Shown: positions 1-11,862, numbered from the stretch's first letter. The stretch: DNA of 64,000 bases from SAR202 cluster bacterium AG-426-M11 (GCA_003213095.1 QCNV01000004.1:4949-68948), one strand, 5' to 3'. Numbers and translations: made by a program. Notes: generated from the sequence alone by a model not told the origin.

Positions 1-1
1 A

Positions 2-3000
2 ATCGGTTCTGGTCCTATTGTAATCGGACAAGCCGCTGAGTTTGATTATGCAGGAACTCAAGCATGTAAATCATTAGAAGAAGAAAACATTAAAACAATC
101 CTAGTTAATTCAAATCCTGCAACAATCATGACAGATGAAGAAACTGCTGACAGAGTTTACATAGAACCTCTAAGTGTAGAAGTTATTTCTCAAATCATTG
201 AAAAAGAACAACCTGATGCTATTTTACCTACATTAGGAGGGCAAACGGGATTAAATTTAGCTGTAGAATTATCTGAACAAGGAGTTTTGGACAAATATAA
301 AGTTAAGTTAATTGGCAGTACAGTTGAAACAATTAAAAATGCTGAAGACAGAGAACTTTTCAGGAAGCTATTATCAGATTTGGGAGAACCTGTGCCTCCG
401 AGTGAAATTGTCGACTCACTTGAATCTGCCATAAAAGCTAAAGAAATTATTGGCCTACCAATGGTTATAAGACCTGCATATACGCTAGGCGGAACTGGCG
501 GTGGAATTGCAACTTCTTCCCAAGAGTATGAAGAAATAGTTCAATCTGGATTAGCCGCAAGCCCTATTCATCAAGTTCTAGTTGAAAAATCCATAGTTGG
601 ATGGAAGGAATTAGAATACGAAGTAATGAGAGATTCTGCTGATAATTGCATCACAATATGTAATATGGAAAATATCGATCCAATGGGAGTGCATACAGGA
701 GATAGTATAGTAGTAGCTCCTAGCCAAACATTATCCGACCAAGACCATCAAATGCTAAGGTCTGCCAGCCTAAGAATCATTAGAGCATTAGGAATTGAAG
801 GCGGTTGCAACGTTCAATTTGCACTTGCACCAGGCAATGTAGTAGGTGACACTTTACCTGACAGTGGTGAATCGGCAAACAGTTACTATGTAATTGAAGT
901 AAACCCTCGAGTAAGCAGAAGTTCTGCACTAGCAAGTAAAGCTACGGGTTATCCTATAGCAAGAGTAGCGGCTAAAATTGCTATTGGAAGAACTTTAGAT
1001 GAAATCCCAAATCAAATCACACGCAAAACATTTGCAGCATTTGAACCAGCCCTGGATTATTGTGTAGTAAAAATCCCTAGATGGCCTTTTGATAAATTTA
1101 ATTCAGGAGACAGAATTCTTGGAACACAAATGAAAGCTACTGGTGAAGTGATGGCTATTGATAGAATTTTTGAATCAGCGTTTCAAAAAGCTATCAGATC
1201 TTTAGAAATATCTAACAAATCACTTGTATGGGAAGATCCTGAATGGCAAAGTACTGAACAAATCATAGAATCTATTCGAACTCCGCATGATGAAAGAATT
1301 TGGGGTGTTCTAGCAGCTTTAAGGCGAGGAGTTTCGCCAGAAAAAATTTCACAAACTACTGGAATAGATCCATGGTTTACTAGAGCGTTTCAAAAAATCA
1401 CAGAGTTTGAAAAAGCAATCACTCAATCTCCTACAGATCCTCAAATCATTAAAAAAGCTAAAAAATTAGGATTCCCCGATGAAATTATAGCTGAGTTATC
1501 TACTCAAAACACATCTGAAATCAGAAAATTTAGAATTGAAAAAGGAATTATTCCCGTCTATAAAATGGTAGATACTTGTGCGGCAGAATTTGAGGCAGTA
1601 ACTCCATACTTTTATAGTACTTACGAAACAGAAAATGAAGCATTTCCACTTAGAGGTGAAAAAGCAATAGTATTAGGAAGTGGTCCGATTAGAATTGGTC
1701 AGGGAATAGAATTTGACTATTGCTCTGTTCATGCAGCTAAAGCTTTATTAAAGAATAATATCAAAAGTATTATGATTAATTCTAACCCTGAAACAGTTTC
1801 AACTGACTTTGATATAAGTGACAGATTATATGTAGAACCCTTAGATTCAGAATCAGTTTTAGACATCATTGATAATGAAAATAATTTTGGAATCAAAAAA
1901 CAAAACTTTCATATACCATCTATAGTCCAATTTGGTGGACAAACAGCTATCAATTTGTCCCAAATTTTAGATCAGACCAATAATCCCGTTTTAGGTTCTT
2001 CTGCTCAATCAATAGACATAGCCTCAGACAGACATCTTTTTGAAGAATTTCTGTCAAAAACAGGAATTCCAAACCCACCAGGGGATACTGTTCTAACTAT
2101 CGAAGAATCTGTCACTGTTGCTAATAATTTAGGTTATCCTGTTTTGGTTCGCCCTAGCTATGTTTTAGGTGGGAGAGCTATGGAAATTGTTCACAACGAC
2201 ACAGAATTAAAAAATTATATGCATAAAGCTATAGAGGCAGGAAGTGGCAAAAGAATTTTAATTGACAAATACTTTGAAGGAAGAGAGGTAGAAGTAGATG
2301 CAATTTGTGATGGTGACAACATTTTAATTCCTGGAATCATGGAACATGTTGAACGAGCAGGAGTTCATAGTGGCGATTCAATGGCAATATATCCAGCTCT
2401 AACATTATCTGACCAAGAAATAAATACGATAGTTAATTACACAGAAACTATAGGTAAGTCCCTAAATATAAAAGGATTAATGAATATTCAGTATGTTGTG
2501 GTAGGTGGAGATACGTATAGAAATCCTTCAGAAAAACCCAAAACAGATGATACTGAAATATATGTAATAGAAGTCAACCCTAGATCAAGTAGAACTATTC
2601 CATTTATCTCAAAAATTACTGGGATTCCCATGGTGCAATTAGCAGTAGACATTATGTTGGGGAAAAAACTTTCTGATAGCAAATATGGGACAGGTTTATG
2701 GAAAAAACAACAATTAGTTGGGGTAAAAGCACCTGTTTTTTCAATGTCAAAATTAGCCGGAGTCGATACTTACGTCGGCCCAGAAATGAAGTCAACAGGT
2801 GAAGTCATGGGATTAGACTCCAATTACGAGTCTGCCACTACAAAAGCTTTGATTGCATCAAACATGATGCTGCCAGATAGTGGATCAATCCTATTAAGTA
2901 TTGCAGACCAAGATAAGGAAAATGCAATACCATTGATTAATGCACTACATAAAAACTCGTACAAAATTTTTGCCACACAAGGAACTGCAAAATTCATAAA

Positions 3001-3292
3001 CTCACTAGGAATCCCTGTAATTGAAATTAACAAAAGGTTAGAAGATGGGCATCCAAACGTAGTAGATATAATCCAAAATTCTACTGTCGATGCAGTAGTG
3101 AATACCGTCACAGGAGACAGAAGCGTTTTACAAGATGGATTCCACATCAGAAGAGCTGCAGTAGAAATGAGAATCCCATGCTTTACATCATTAGATACCG
3201 CAAGAACAGCTTCAGAGAATATCAGTTCAAGATCATTAAACTATAATGTAAAAACTATCGATGAGTACTTAAACAACACAAAACAGGAATAA
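2..3292 (+). CDS. carB: Carbamoyl-phosphate synthase large subunit (5' end lies outside the window)
   Basis: Frame is open from base 2 ([18 protein letters not shown]). Two ATP-grasp halves ([19 protein letters not shown]) and a C-terminal MGS domain. Confidence 0.98.
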   Translation: MGSGPIVIGQAAEFDYAGTQACKSLEEENIKTILVNSNPATIMTDEETADRVYIEPLSVEVISQIIEKEQPDAILPTLGGQTGLNLAVELSEQGVLDKYKVKLIGSTVETIKNAEDRELFRKLLSDLGEPVPPSEIVDSLESAIKAKEIIGLPMVIRPAYTLGGTGGGIATSSQEYEEIVQSGLAASPIHQVLVEKSIVGWKELEYEVMRDSADNCITICNMENIDPMGVHTGDSIVVAPSQTLSDQDHQMLRSASLRIIRALGIEGGCNVQFALAPGNVVGDTLPDSGESANSYYVIEVNPRVSRSSALASKATGYPIARVAAKIAIGRTLDEIPNQITRKTFAAFEPALDYCVVKIPRWPFDKFNSGDRILGTQMKATGEVMAIDRIFESAFQKAIRSLEISNKSLVWEDPEWQSTEQIIESIRTPHDERIWGVLAALRRGVSPEKISQTTGIDPWFTRAFQKITEFEKAITQSPTDPQIIKKAKKLGFPDEIIAELSTQNTSEIRKFRIEKGIIPVYKMVDTCAAEFEAVTPYFYSTYETENEAFPLRGEKAIVLGSGPIRIGQGIEFDYCSVHAAKALLKNNIKSIMINSNPETVSTDFDISDRLYVEPLDSESVLDIIDNENNFGIKKQNFHIPSIVQFGGQTAINLSQILDQTNNPVLGSSAQSIDIASDRHLFEEFLSKTGIPNPPGDTVLTIEESVTVANNLGYPVLVRPSYVLGGRAMEIVHNDTELKNYMHKAIEAGSGKRILIDKYFEGREVEVDAICDGDNILIPGIMEHVERAGVHSGDSMAIYPALTLSDQEINTIVNYTETIGKSLNIKGLMNIQYVVVGGDTYRNPSEKPKTDDTEIYVIEVNPRSSRTIPFISKITGIPMVQLAVDIMLGKKLSDSKYGTGLWKKQQLVGVKAPVFSMSKLAGVDTYVGPEMKSTGEVMGLDSNYESATTKALIASNMMLPDSGSILLSIADQDKENAIPLINALHKNSYKIFATQGTAKFINSLGIPVIEINKRLEDGHPNVVDIIQNSTVDAVVNTVTGDRSVLQDGFHIRRAAVEMRIPCFTSLDTARTASENISSRSLNYNVKTIDEYLNNTKQE

Positions 3293-3293
3293 C

Positions 3294-3803
3294 ATGCCAA
3301 GTGACATACCACCTCATATTCATGGAAAAGATTTACCAAAAGGGGTGAAGAAGTCTACGGTTTCTGTTACATGTGATCATTTAGAAAAAATGCTTCATGT
3401 AGCTTCTCAAGGAGAATTTTCTTTTTTTTCTGATGAACCCGAAAAAATGGGTGGAGAAAATGAATTTCCTGCTCCTTTAACTTATGTAGCCTCTGGAATA
3501 GGGTTTTGACTACTGACTAACCTGAAGCGGTACGCTTCAATGAAAAAAATTTCAATAAAATCTGCTCAAGTCAAAATCGAGTTGGATTTTTACTTATTTG
3601 GATCTATTGTTGATGAAAATATTGAAAGTGGTGTTTCAGAAGTTCGAAGCTTTTTTGAAGTCTCTTCAGAGGACAATTTTGAAGATGTTTTAAGCGTTAT
3701 AAAACTTGCTAAAAAAGGGTGTTTTGCAGAAAGTCTAGTTATTAACCCAGTAAATCTAGAAAGTGTTTGTATAATCAATGGCAAAAAAATAGAAAATCTC
3801 TAA
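3294..3803 (+). CDS. OsmC/Ohr-family peroxiredoxin-like selenoprotein (UGA recoded as Sec at 3507-3509)
   Basis: ORFs 3294-3509 and 3540-3803 are in the same frame. Read-through gives DEPEKMGG...PAPLTYVASGIGF-U-LLTNL...AKKGCFAE, with TGA at the peroxidatic Cys position and the second Cys retained. Confidence 0.88.
3523..3539 (+). promoter_or_regulatory. Bacterial SECIS-like hairpin
   Basis: Perfect stem TGAAGCG-GTA-CGCTTCA begins 13 nt after the in-frame TGA, with a G in the apical loop. It is GC-rich in an AT-rich gene. Confidence 0.75.
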
Positions 3804-3818
3804 ACTGAATATTTCAAT

Positions 3819-6389
3819 ATGATTCCCTTAAAATTATCAATCGAAAACTTTATGTGTTACCAAAGTAATGTACCTACTTTAGATTTCGATTTACTTCATG
3901 TCTCTTGTATATCAGGTGAAAATGGACATGGTAAAACAGCAATTTTAGATGCAATTACTTGGGTTTTATGGGGGAAATCTAGAACAAGAACACAAGAAGA
4001 ATTAGTAAATCAAAAATCTGATCACATGAGTGTTTCATTAGATTTTTCAATTGATTCAGACAAATACCGTGTAGCTAGAAAATTTTCAAAAACAAGTTCA
4101 CAGGGTAAAACTGAATTAAATTTCTTTTTGTTAAATGAATCCGAAGCTACCTCCATAATGGGCAATACGATTAAAGACACCCAAGAAAAAATTATAGATG
4201 TAATTCACATGAATTACGAAACTTTTATTAATACTTCCTATTTAAAACAAGGTAACTCAGATAATTTCAGCAAATCTACACCTTCTGACAGAAAAAAAAT
4301 TTTGTCAGAAGTTTTAAATTTAGAATTTTATGAAAACATATCAAATCACTCTAAAGAAATTGCCCGTCAATTAAATGAGAACCTAAACAAAAATAACGCC
4401 TTATTAAGCCTAAGAAAAGAAGATTTAATCAACCCTAAAGAATTATCAAAATCATTAAAAAACAAACGGCAGCAACTTGCCGAAATAGAAGATGAAATCT
4501 CTAATCTTAAACAAAATATGTTGGATTTACAAAATCAAAAAACTAATTTATCTGTACTCGAACAAAAAAAAATTACAAATTTATCACTTATTCAAACTAA
4601 TGAAAAAGACATAGAATCCTTAAATGATCAAGTGGAAAATTGGAACAAAGAATCAATTAAATTTCAAAAAATCCTCCAACAAACTGAAAAAATTCAATCC
4701 AATGTAATAATCCTCAATGATTATCAAAAACAAGTAGCTGAATTATCTAAAACATTTTCAATTTTAAGAGACCTTGAAAAACAACAATCTGAACAAAAAC
4801 ATTCTATAGATTTAGAAAAACAAAAAAAACAAATCGACCTAAAAACACTCCAAGAAACTTATACATCATTAAAAACATACCAGAAAATCACAATCCCTAA
4901 AATTGAATCAGATTTAAAAAATGCTGAAATAAAATTAAAAGATTTGAATAAATCTATTATTTTATTAGACAAGAATTTAGATCTGATATCTGAAATCAAT
5001 TCAAAAATTGCATTAATCGAAATCAATAATGCATCACTTAAAAACACCATGAATGATACTAGGCAAAAATTTGATTTATTGCAAACATCAAATAATCATT
5101 GTCCATTATGTTCTCAATCATTAAATGAACAAACTCATATGCATATAGAAAAGGAATTAAAAAATCTAGGGCAAAATAGTCAAGAAACATTTTTAAATAA
5201 TCAAAAAGAAATTGCCCAATACAAAGATCAAATATCTAAAATTGAATCTGAAAATTCTCCTCAAAAAACTCTAGCTTTAAATGAAAAACCAATGATTGAA
5301 TCTGAAATCACTTTACTAAAATCTAAATTAGAAGAAGAAAAGAAAAAGATTGTAAACATACATGAAACGGCCAAAACAATTGAAAATTTAAAACTAGAAA
5401 TTTCTGGAGATAACTTTGCTAAACATCACAGAGCCAAATTGATTGAAATCGACTCTCAAATTCAATCTTTAAATTACGACCCAAAAATTCACACACAACT
5501 TGAACAGGAAATTTCAAGATTAATGCCATACTTAGATTTAAATTCAAAATTGCATGAATCTGAAAACAATCTAAAATCTTTGAATTCAAACATTACAATC
5601 TCTCAAAAAAATATATTAGAAAAAAAATCTCAAAATTCAGACTTATATAATCAAAATTCAAAAATAGAAAAAGAAATCACAAATTTTACCAACGTTGATA
5701 ATTTACTGATTTCCACGTCAACAAAGATAGACCAATCATCTCAATCGAAACAAAACTTGATCTCAGAAATTATAATTTTAGAAAGAGATTTAACAAAAAA
5801 CCAATCTATTCAAAATGAGGTATTACAATTAGAAACCTCCGTTACATCTATTCAAAATGAATTAGAAATTTATCAAGAGTTAAGTGCAGCCTTTGGAAGA
5901 AATGGAATTCAAGCATTATTAATCGAACAAGCAGTACCTGAAATACAAAATAATGCAAACGAATTAATTGAAAAACTATCAGAAAACAAAATGCAAATTT
6001 TATTAAACCTTACTGGGGGGAGATTAGATAGACAAACCGGAATTCCTTCCGAGGAATTAGAAATCAAAATTTCAGACGAAATGGGAATTCGTAACTATGA
6101 AACTTATAGTGGAGGAGAATCATTTAGAATAGATTTTGCCATTAGAATAGCTCTTTCAAAATTATTAGCTTCAAGATCAGGTGCTCCATTGCCAATACTA
6201 TTTATAGACGAAGGTTTTGGTTCTCAAGACTTCAGGGGACAACAGACTATGATTGAAGCAATACAATCCATTCGAAATGATTTCAAAAAAATAATAGTAA
6301 TTACTCATGTTGACAGCATGAAAGAAAGTTTTGAAGAAAAAATAGAAGTTTTCAAATCTCCAGAAGGATCTACATTTCAGATCATTTAA
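3819..6389 (+). CDS. sbcC: SbcC/Rad50-like SMC ATPase
   Basis: Walker A GENGHGKT, long coiled coil with CPLC zinc hook, YSGGE signature, Walker B LFIDEGFG. Confidence 0.9.
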   Translation: MIPLKLSIENFMCYQSNVPTLDFDLLHVSCISGENGHGKTAILDAITWVLWGKSRTRTQEELVNQKSDHMSVSLDFSIDSDKYRVARKFSKTSSQGKTELNFFLLNESEATSIMGNTIKDTQEKIIDVIHMNYETFINTSYLKQGNSDNFSKSTPSDRKKILSEVLNLEFYENISNHSKEIARQLNENLNKNNALLSLRKEDLINPKELSKSLKNKRQQLAEIEDEISNLKQNMLDLQNQKTNLSVLEQKKITNLSLIQTNEKDIESLNDQVENWNKESIKFQKILQQTEKIQSNVIILNDYQKQVAELSKTFSILRDLEKQQSEQKHSIDLEKQKKQIDLKTLQETYTSLKTYQKITIPKIESDLKNAEIKLKDLNKSIILLDKNLDLISEINSKIALIEINNASLKNTMNDTRQKFDLLQTSNNHCPLCSQSLNEQTHMHIEKELKNLGQNSQETFLNNQKEIAQYKDQISKIESENSPQKTLALNEKPMIESEITLLKSKLEEEKKKIVNIHETAKTIENLKLEISGDNFAKHHRAKLIEIDSQIQSLNYDPKIHTQLEQEISRLMPYLDLNSKLHESENNLKSLNSNITISQKNILEKKSQNSDLYNQNSKIEKEITNFTNVDNLLISTSTKIDQSSQSKQNLISEIIILERDLTKNQSIQNEVLQLETSVTSIQNELEIYQELSAAFGRNGIQALLIEQAVPEIQNNANELIEKLSENKMQILLNLTGGRLDRQTGIPSEELEIKISDEMGIRNYETYSGGESFRIDFAIRIALSKLLASRSGAPLPILFIDEGFGSQDFRGQQTMIEAIQSIRNDFKKIIVITHVDSMKESFEEKIEVFKSPEGSTFQII

Positions 6390-7052
6390 TTACAATGTGA
6401 ACTCTTTAATTCCCTTTTCAAAAATCAATTCTACTTCGGTTTCATTTTGGACATCTTCCTTTGTCCACCCGGGAGCACATTCTAATAATTGCAAACCTGA
6501 CTTAACCACCTGAATTACCGCTATATCTGTAACTATCAAACTCACACAAGACTTACTAGTTAAAGGGAAGGAACATTCATTGACGATTTTACTTGAACCG
6601 TTTTTATCATTATGCTCCATTGCAACAATCACTTTTTTAGCTCCTACCGCTAAGTCCATAGCACCTCCAACATTTCCTATACCCCTAGATGGAATCATCC
6701 AATTTGCTAAATCTCCTGATTTTGATACTTGCAATGCTCCTAAAACTGTTACATCTATATGTCCTCCTCTTATCATCGCAAAAGCGTCAGAAGAACTAAA
6801 AAATGACATCCCATCAACTGGTGCAAGAAATTGTCCACTTGCATTAATTAGATCTTGATCCTCAAATCCCTCTTCTGCCATAGGACCATAATTTAAAACT
6901 CCACTTTCACTGTGATAAATCACTGTCTTACCTTCAGGAATAAATTGGGAACACAATGAAGGAATTCCTATTCCTAAATTAACTACATCACCATCCTGTA
7001 ATTCTTTTGCAACTCTCATAGCAATTATTTCTCGATTCAGTCTATCTTTCAT
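6390..7052 (-). CDS. 3-oxoacid CoA-transferase subunit B
   Basis: VNLGIGIP, SESG (catalytic Glu), GGAMDL motifs. Confidence 0.93.
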   Translation of the reverse strand: MKDRLNREIIAMRVAKELQDGDVVNLGIGIPSLCSQFIPEGKTVIYHSESGVLNYGPMAEEGFEDQDLINASGQFLAPVDGMSFFSSSDAFAMIRGGHIDVTVLGALQVSKSGDLANWMIPSRGIGNVGGAMDLAVGAKKVIVAMEHNDKNGSSKIVNECSFPLTSKSCVSLIVTDIAVIQVVKSGLQLLECAPGWTKEDVQNETEVELIFEKGIKEFTL

Positions 7053-7764
7053 TGTTTTCCTTAATTTCTACTATTCTGTCTACATACAGCAAAGGAGTAT
7101 CAATCAGGGCAGATTCTATAGCACCTGTTTCAACAATTTTATCTACCTCTACGATAGATATGGTAGCAGCAGTAACCATTACTGAATTAAAGTTTTTTGA
7201 AGTTCCCTTATAAACCAAATTGCCGAGTCTGTCAGATTGATATGCCCGAATCAAAGCAAAATCAGCCTTCAACGCAGTTTCTAAAACATATTTCTTTCCG
7301 TTAAACTCACGTATTTCTTTACCTTCTGATACTCTAGTATCTACTCCAGTGGGAGTAAAAAAAGCAGGAATTCCGGCTCCACCAGCACGAATTCTTTCCG
7401 CCAAAGTTCCTTGAGGAACTAGCTCTAACTCTACTTCATGTTTTGCATATGCCTTCTCAAAAGCAGTAGGTCTAGAAGGAGAAGGAGAAACTGGAAAAGA
7501 AGCAATAACTTTTTTCACTTGATTGTTCTCTACTAAAACACCTATATCTACAGGCGTTTGACCCGGTAGCGTTCCAAATCCAATCACACTTGCCAAACCT
7601 GCAGTGTTACTGATAATTGTTAGGTTTTTTGATCCCAGATTTCTCAAAGCAGCAATTAAATTCTGTGAAGTTCCACCTGGTCCTGCAAATCCATCTATCA
7701 TTAAAGTAGAATTATCAGGAATATCCGAAACGGCTTCATCAAATGAATTAAAAACCTTATTCAT
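7042..7764 (-). CDS. 3-oxoacid CoA-transferase subunit A
   Basis: PQGTLAERIRAGGAGIPAF motif. Overlaps the subunit B gene. Confidence 0.93.
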   Translation of the reverse strand: MNKVFNSFDEAVSDIPDNSTLMIDGFAGPGGTSQNLIAALRNLGSKNLTIISNTAGLASVIGFGTLPGQTPVDIGVLVENNQVKKVIASFPVSPSPSRPTAFEKAYAKHEVELELVPQGTLAERIRAGGAGIPAFFTPTGVDTRVSEGKEIREFNGKKYVLETALKADFALIRAYQSDRLGNLVYKGTSKNFNSVMVTAATISIVEVDKIVETGAIESALIDTPLLYVDRIVEIKENNER

Positions 7765-8450
7765 TATAAATTTCTCCCTATTTTTTGTGGGATTAACCAG
7801 ACTAAAATTGCAAAAAGAATTATTAGAAATCCTATTAACATAGTTGTATCAAAGAAAAACCCTTGAGGAAACATAGCTATCAAATAATCTGTACGAGGAT
7901 CCAAAATCCAAAAATCATTATTAAAACTAATTTCATGAAAATATATAAATAATTTATCAAACCCAAATAATGACCCTATAGCTAAAGCTCCAAAAATAAG
8001 TAACGTAAGAATTCCTCCTCTCGAAATTGAATGTAATAAATTTTTCAAACTATATAAACTGCCAAAAAGTAGAGTAAAAAAGGTTACTACTATAATCAAT
8101 AAAACAGAAATTTTTTGATAAAAAAACACAAAGTTAATTAATTGTTTGACGTCTTTCATATGAAATATTTCTTTAGAATTAAATAAGTTAGGAAAAAATA
8201 TATTATTTTTAGTCACCTGAATAGTGATCCATTCTTTATCATTGTTAAAATAATTTCTAATTTGATTTGCTGCAGACATCAATTCTGATTTATCTATCCC
8301 CGTGTACTCAGAAATCTCGTATCTCTCAAATCCATATTCATACAGTAAAGGAAAATTAATTACAAAAGAAGCTACAGAAGTAACAATTAAAATGGGAATT
8401 AAAATTGTTACAATGAGCGAATTAAATATTGAAAAAGTTTTTGTGAACAT
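7764..8450 (-). CDS. TIGR01906/DUF1461-family integral membrane protein
   Basis: EIFHMKDVK and FIYFHEISFNNDFWILDP...LIAMFPQGFF motifs, several TM helices. Confidence 0.8.
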   Translation of the reverse strand: MFTKTFSIFNSLIVTILIPILIVTSVASFVINFPLLYEYGFERYEISEYTGIDKSELMSAANQIRNYFNNDKEWITIQVTKNNIFFPNLFNSKEIFHMKDVKQLINFVFFYQKISVLLIIVVTFFTLLFGSLYSLKNLLHSISRGGILTLLIFGALAIGSLFGFDKLFIYFHEISFNNDFWILDPRTDYLIAMFPQGFFFDTTMLIGFLIILFAILVWLIPQKIGRNL

Positions 8451-8491
8451 GACTCCATACTAAATGATTCACAGATATTTTTACAATTCAA

Positions 8492-9310
8492 ATGGAGAAG
8501 AATATGGTAAAGGTCTCTCAAAAACAATTTCCCTATAATTTTACGGGATTGATGTCGTTAATAGAGTTTCTGTTGGGTCCTAATGGTTGCCCTTGGGATA
8601 AAAAACAAACTCCTATCACATTATCTCCCATGTTATTAGAAGAAAGTCATGAATTAACTGAAGCAATCGAAAAAAATGACATGCAAAATACTATGGAAGA
8701 AATTGGAGATGTAATGCTTCATTTAGCTTTTCAAATTTCATTAGCAAAAATGAGTTACTCATTTGATGAAGATGACATGTTTAAAGCTCTAATTGAAAAA
8801 TATATAAAAAGACATCCCCACGTTTTTTCTGACTCTGAAATTTCATCTGAAGATGAAATTAAAAAAACATGGGATGAGATTAAAAAAACTGAAAAAGGTA
8901 AACCTCAAGATAATTCAACTTTAGGAGAATTCCCAAAATCTCTACCAGCTCTAAGTACTGCTCAAAAATTACAAAAAAATGCTGCAAAAACAGGATTTGA
9001 CTGGGACAATATTCGCGATGTAAAAGAAAAAATTTTTGAAGAAATTGAAGAGATTAAATTTGCGAAAACTAATGATGATAAACTTGAAGAAATTGGAGAT
9101 TTATTATTCAGTGTTGTAAATTTTTCAAGACATTTATCCATCGATGCAGAGCAAGCACTAAGACTATCTAATATGAAATTCCAAAAAAGATTTACCCAAA
9201 TGGAAATGTTAGCCATAAAAAAATCTCAAGAATTTGCAAAATTACCTATTATTGAAAAGGATAAGTTATGGAATGAAATCAAAGCCCAAGAAAAACGTTC
9301 ACTTCACTGA
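8492..9310 (+). CDS. mazG: Nucleoside triphosphate pyrophosphohydrolase
   Basis: GCPWDKKQT, EEIGD twice, RHPHVF. Confidence 0.95.
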   Translation: MEKNMVKVSQKQFPYNFTGLMSLIEFLLGPNGCPWDKKQTPITLSPMLLEESHELTEAIEKNDMQNTMEEIGDVMLHLAFQISLAKMSYSFDEDDMFKALIEKYIKRHPHVFSDSEISSEDEIKKTWDEIKKTEKGKPQDNSTLGEFPKSLPALSTAQKLQKNAAKTGFDWDNIRDVKEKIFEEIEEIKFAKTNDDKLEEIGDLLFSVVNFSRHLSIDAEQALRLSNMKFQKRFTQMEMLAIKKSQEFAKLPIIEKDKLWNEIKAQEKRSLH

Positions 9311-9349
9311 TATAATCGCCAAACAGGTTGATGAAAAGGAAGGTAAATT

Positions 9350-9688
9350 ATGTTCGCTGTATTTGTTACATTAAATATCAAAGATGGTTATGTAGAAGAA
9401 TTTCAAAAAGCAAGTTTCGGTGACTCTCAAGGATCAGTTAGAGATGAACCTGGATGTTTCAGATTTGACATATTAAAAAATGTAGAAATTCCTAACCAGT
9501 TTCATCTATATGAAGTGTATGAAGATGAACAAGCATTCCAAGCACATCAACAGACTCCTCATTACAAAAAATGGCGTCAAACTGTTCAGCCATGGTTTGA
9601 AGGAACTTCACAAAGGGTCACAATGGATACTATTTTCCCTTCAGATCAAGGGTGGAAAGATCAAAAACCTTGTTTGTTAAATTGGTGA
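9350..9688 (+). CDS. Antibiotic-biosynthesis monooxygenase / LsrG-like protein
   Basis: EPGCFRFDI...FHLYEVYEDEQAFQAHQQTPHY. Confidence 0.85.
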   Translation: MFAVFVTLNIKDGYVEEFQKASFGDSQGSVRDEPGCFRFDILKNVEIPNQFHLYEVYEDEQAFQAHQQTPHYKKWRQTVQPWFEGTSQRVTMDTIFPSDQGWKDQKPCLLNW

Positions 9689-9698
9689 TATAGAACAA

Positions 9699-11432
9699 CT
9701 ACCTTCTGCCAAAATATGTCTCTATAGTTTTAGTATCAACATTTAATACTGTAGGACGTCCATGGGGACAATTGTTTGAATTCTCAGCAAACTTCAATTG
9801 ATTAATCAAATCTTGCATCTGTGTAATTGCTAATTGATCTCCCGCCCTTACGGAACCATGACAAGCAATAGTTGCTACTATTTTCTCAAATGAGGATGGC
9901 ATATTCATAAACTTTCTAGAATCATTATTAATAAGTTCTACAAAAGAATCTACAGGATCTTTTGTAGAAATAATTTTAGGAACACCTCTAAGAATCATCG
10001 AATTTGTACCAAATTCTTCAACTAGATACCCTAGGGAAGTAATTGATTCTAAGTTCTCTTCTAGAAATTCTCTCTGAAAATCATCCACCTCTAGTACAAA
10101 TGGGTCCAAGAATCTCTGAATCTCAACATCTTCATTCAAGTTTCTAGATAAAATCCTCTCAAATAAAATTCTTTCATGAGCTGCATGCTGATCTACCAAA
10201 TACAACCCATTGTTCCCCTCACAAACTATATATGTTGATGAAATTTGACCTATAACTAATAAAGAATCTAAAATTACTTTTAAGCTTGATTCAGATCCAC
10301 GTAAATCATTAGTACTTGAATTTTTTTCAAAATAATTGAGATTATTATCATTTGATTTTGGAATAGGCCAAAATTCAGAAGGATCTGAATGTTGAGTAGA
10401 AAGACTTATATTATTTTGAAAAACCGGAACTCTTTTCACTAAACTATCTGAATTTAAAGTTTTTCTTACAGTTCTCTGTAAAAGTGAGAAAATTTGATTC
10501 TCATTAATCAATCTAACTTCTGTCTTTGCAGGATGAATATTGACATCAATCTCATCAAAAGGAACTTGTATATTGATTACACCAATCGGAAATTTTTTGT
10601 TGGGAATATGGTCATGATAAGCTTGTTCTAAGCTAAATGATAAAGATCTATTTTGTACCATTCTCCCATTGATGTATAAAGAAATACCATTCCTGTTTTG
10701 TCTATGTTGAAAAACAGAACCAATTAAACCAGTAATTTTAATTTCTTGATTAGAATCTGAAATAATTTCTAACATCTCTGAAGAAGTCTCATCTCCATAC
10801 ACAGACGATACAGCATCCCGTAAATCTCCATTTCCTACAGAAAAAAACTTTTTAGAGTTATTCTGAATCAATTCAAATGAAATACCGGGATGGCTCAAAA
10901 TAAATTGTTGAACCAATGAAGTAATTTTCGCAGCCTCTGACCTAGGTGTTTTCATAAATTTTTTTCTGGCAGGAAAATTTTTAAAAAGATTTGAAACACA
11001 AATCATTGTTCCAACTACAGAAGCAGTATAAGAAATAGAATTAATTTTTCCTTGATCCACAAAAATTTGAGTAGCTAATTTGTCTGAAATAGTTTTTGTT
11101 ATCATTTCTATTTCAGAAACGGCAGCTATACTGAATAAGGCTTCCCCTCTAAAGCCTAAGGTCGTAATCTGCATCAAGTCATCTTTATTTCTCACTTTAC
11201 TAGTAGCAAATCTCTCAAACACTAGTGGTGAATCTTCCGAATTTATACCTGATCCATTATCAGAAATTTTGATTTGATCCAATCCTCCGGATACTGTCTC
11301 AATATTTATCCTAGTAGCTCCTGAATCAATAGAATTTTCAATTAATTCCTTTATAACTGACACAGGTCTTTCTATTACTTCACCTGCCGCGATTAATGAT
11401 GAAATTTGTGGGTCTAAAACTTCAATTCTCAT
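9699..11432 (-). CDS. mutL: DNA mismatch repair endonuclease MutL
   Basis: IAAGEVIERP, GFRGEAL, endonuclease motif DQHAAHERILFE, CPHGRP. Confidence 0.97.
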   Translation of the reverse strand: MRIEVLDPQISSLIAAGEVIERPVSVIKELIENSIDSGATRINIETVSGGLDQIKISDNGSGINSEDSPLVFERFATSKVRNKDDLMQITTLGFRGEALFSIAAVSEIEMITKTISDKLATQIFVDQGKINSISYTASVVGTMICVSNLFKNFPARKKFMKTPRSEAAKITSLVQQFILSHPGISFELIQNNSKKFFSVGNGDLRDAVSSVYGDETSSEMLEIISDSNQEIKITGLIGSVFQHRQNRNGISLYINGRMVQNRSLSFSLEQAYHDHIPNKKFPIGVINIQVPFDEIDVNIHPAKTEVRLINENQIFSLLQRTVRKTLNSDSLVKRVPVFQNNISLSTQHSDPSEFWPIPKSNDNNLNYFEKNSSTNDLRGSESSLKVILDSLLVIGQISSTYIVCEGNNGLYLVDQHAAHERILFERILSRNLNEDVEIQRFLDPFVLEVDDFQREFLEENLESITSLGYLVEEFGTNSMILRGVPKIISTKDPVDSFVELINNDSRKFMNMPSSFEKIVATIACHGSVRAGDQLAITQMQDLINQLKFAENSNNCPHGRPTVLNVDTKTIETYFGRR

Positions 11433-11862
11433 GATTATTTAGATGGGGATTAGGAAACAATTTTCTGGAATCAGATAAACCTGTCTCAAAATACTTCAGC
11501 GTGCTTTCAAACAATTCTAAAATTTCTTGATCTAAATCATTTTTAAAATAATATGGAGAGACGTGGTATCCTCCAAAAAACTCAACAATTTCCGGATGGT
11601 CGTCTATGACAAAATCTGGTCTAGGGTTAACTTGAAATCTTTGTATGCCTGTTTCATATTCAGTCACGGGTTTCACGAATATACCTGAAACATATTCAGA
11701 TAATTCTAATCTATCAATATCTTTATGCCTCAAACCCACACCTGACCAAATAAAAATAGTATGGCCCAAAGATATAAATTTAGAAAAAACCTCCTGAGTG
11801 TGCGGTCTAATTTTGCCATCCATAGACATTATTGTGTAATCGACATCAAAAAAAATATTCAT
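11422..11862 (-). CDS. Small HAD-superfamily hydrolase (capless)
   Basis: FFDVDYT motif I, IWSG motif II, VIDD motif IV. Confidence 0.7.
   Translation of the reverse strand: MNIFFDVDYTIMSMDGKIRPHTQEVFSKFISLGHTIFIWSGVGLRHKDIDRLELSEYVSGIFVKPVTEYETGIQRFQVNPRPDFVIDDHPEIVEFFGGYHVSPYYFKNDLDQEILELFESTLKYFETGLSDSRKLFPNPHLNNHEN

Noticed and set aside
3294-3803. Pseudogene or two separate small genes
   Set aside because: The stop is TGA at the catalytic Cys position with a downstream hairpin, so Sec recoding explains it better.
3819-6389. SMC-based defence system (Wadjet/Lamassu)
   Set aside because: It has a Rad50-type zinc hook, housekeeping neighbours and no partner effector genes. sbcD is probably elsewhere in the genome.
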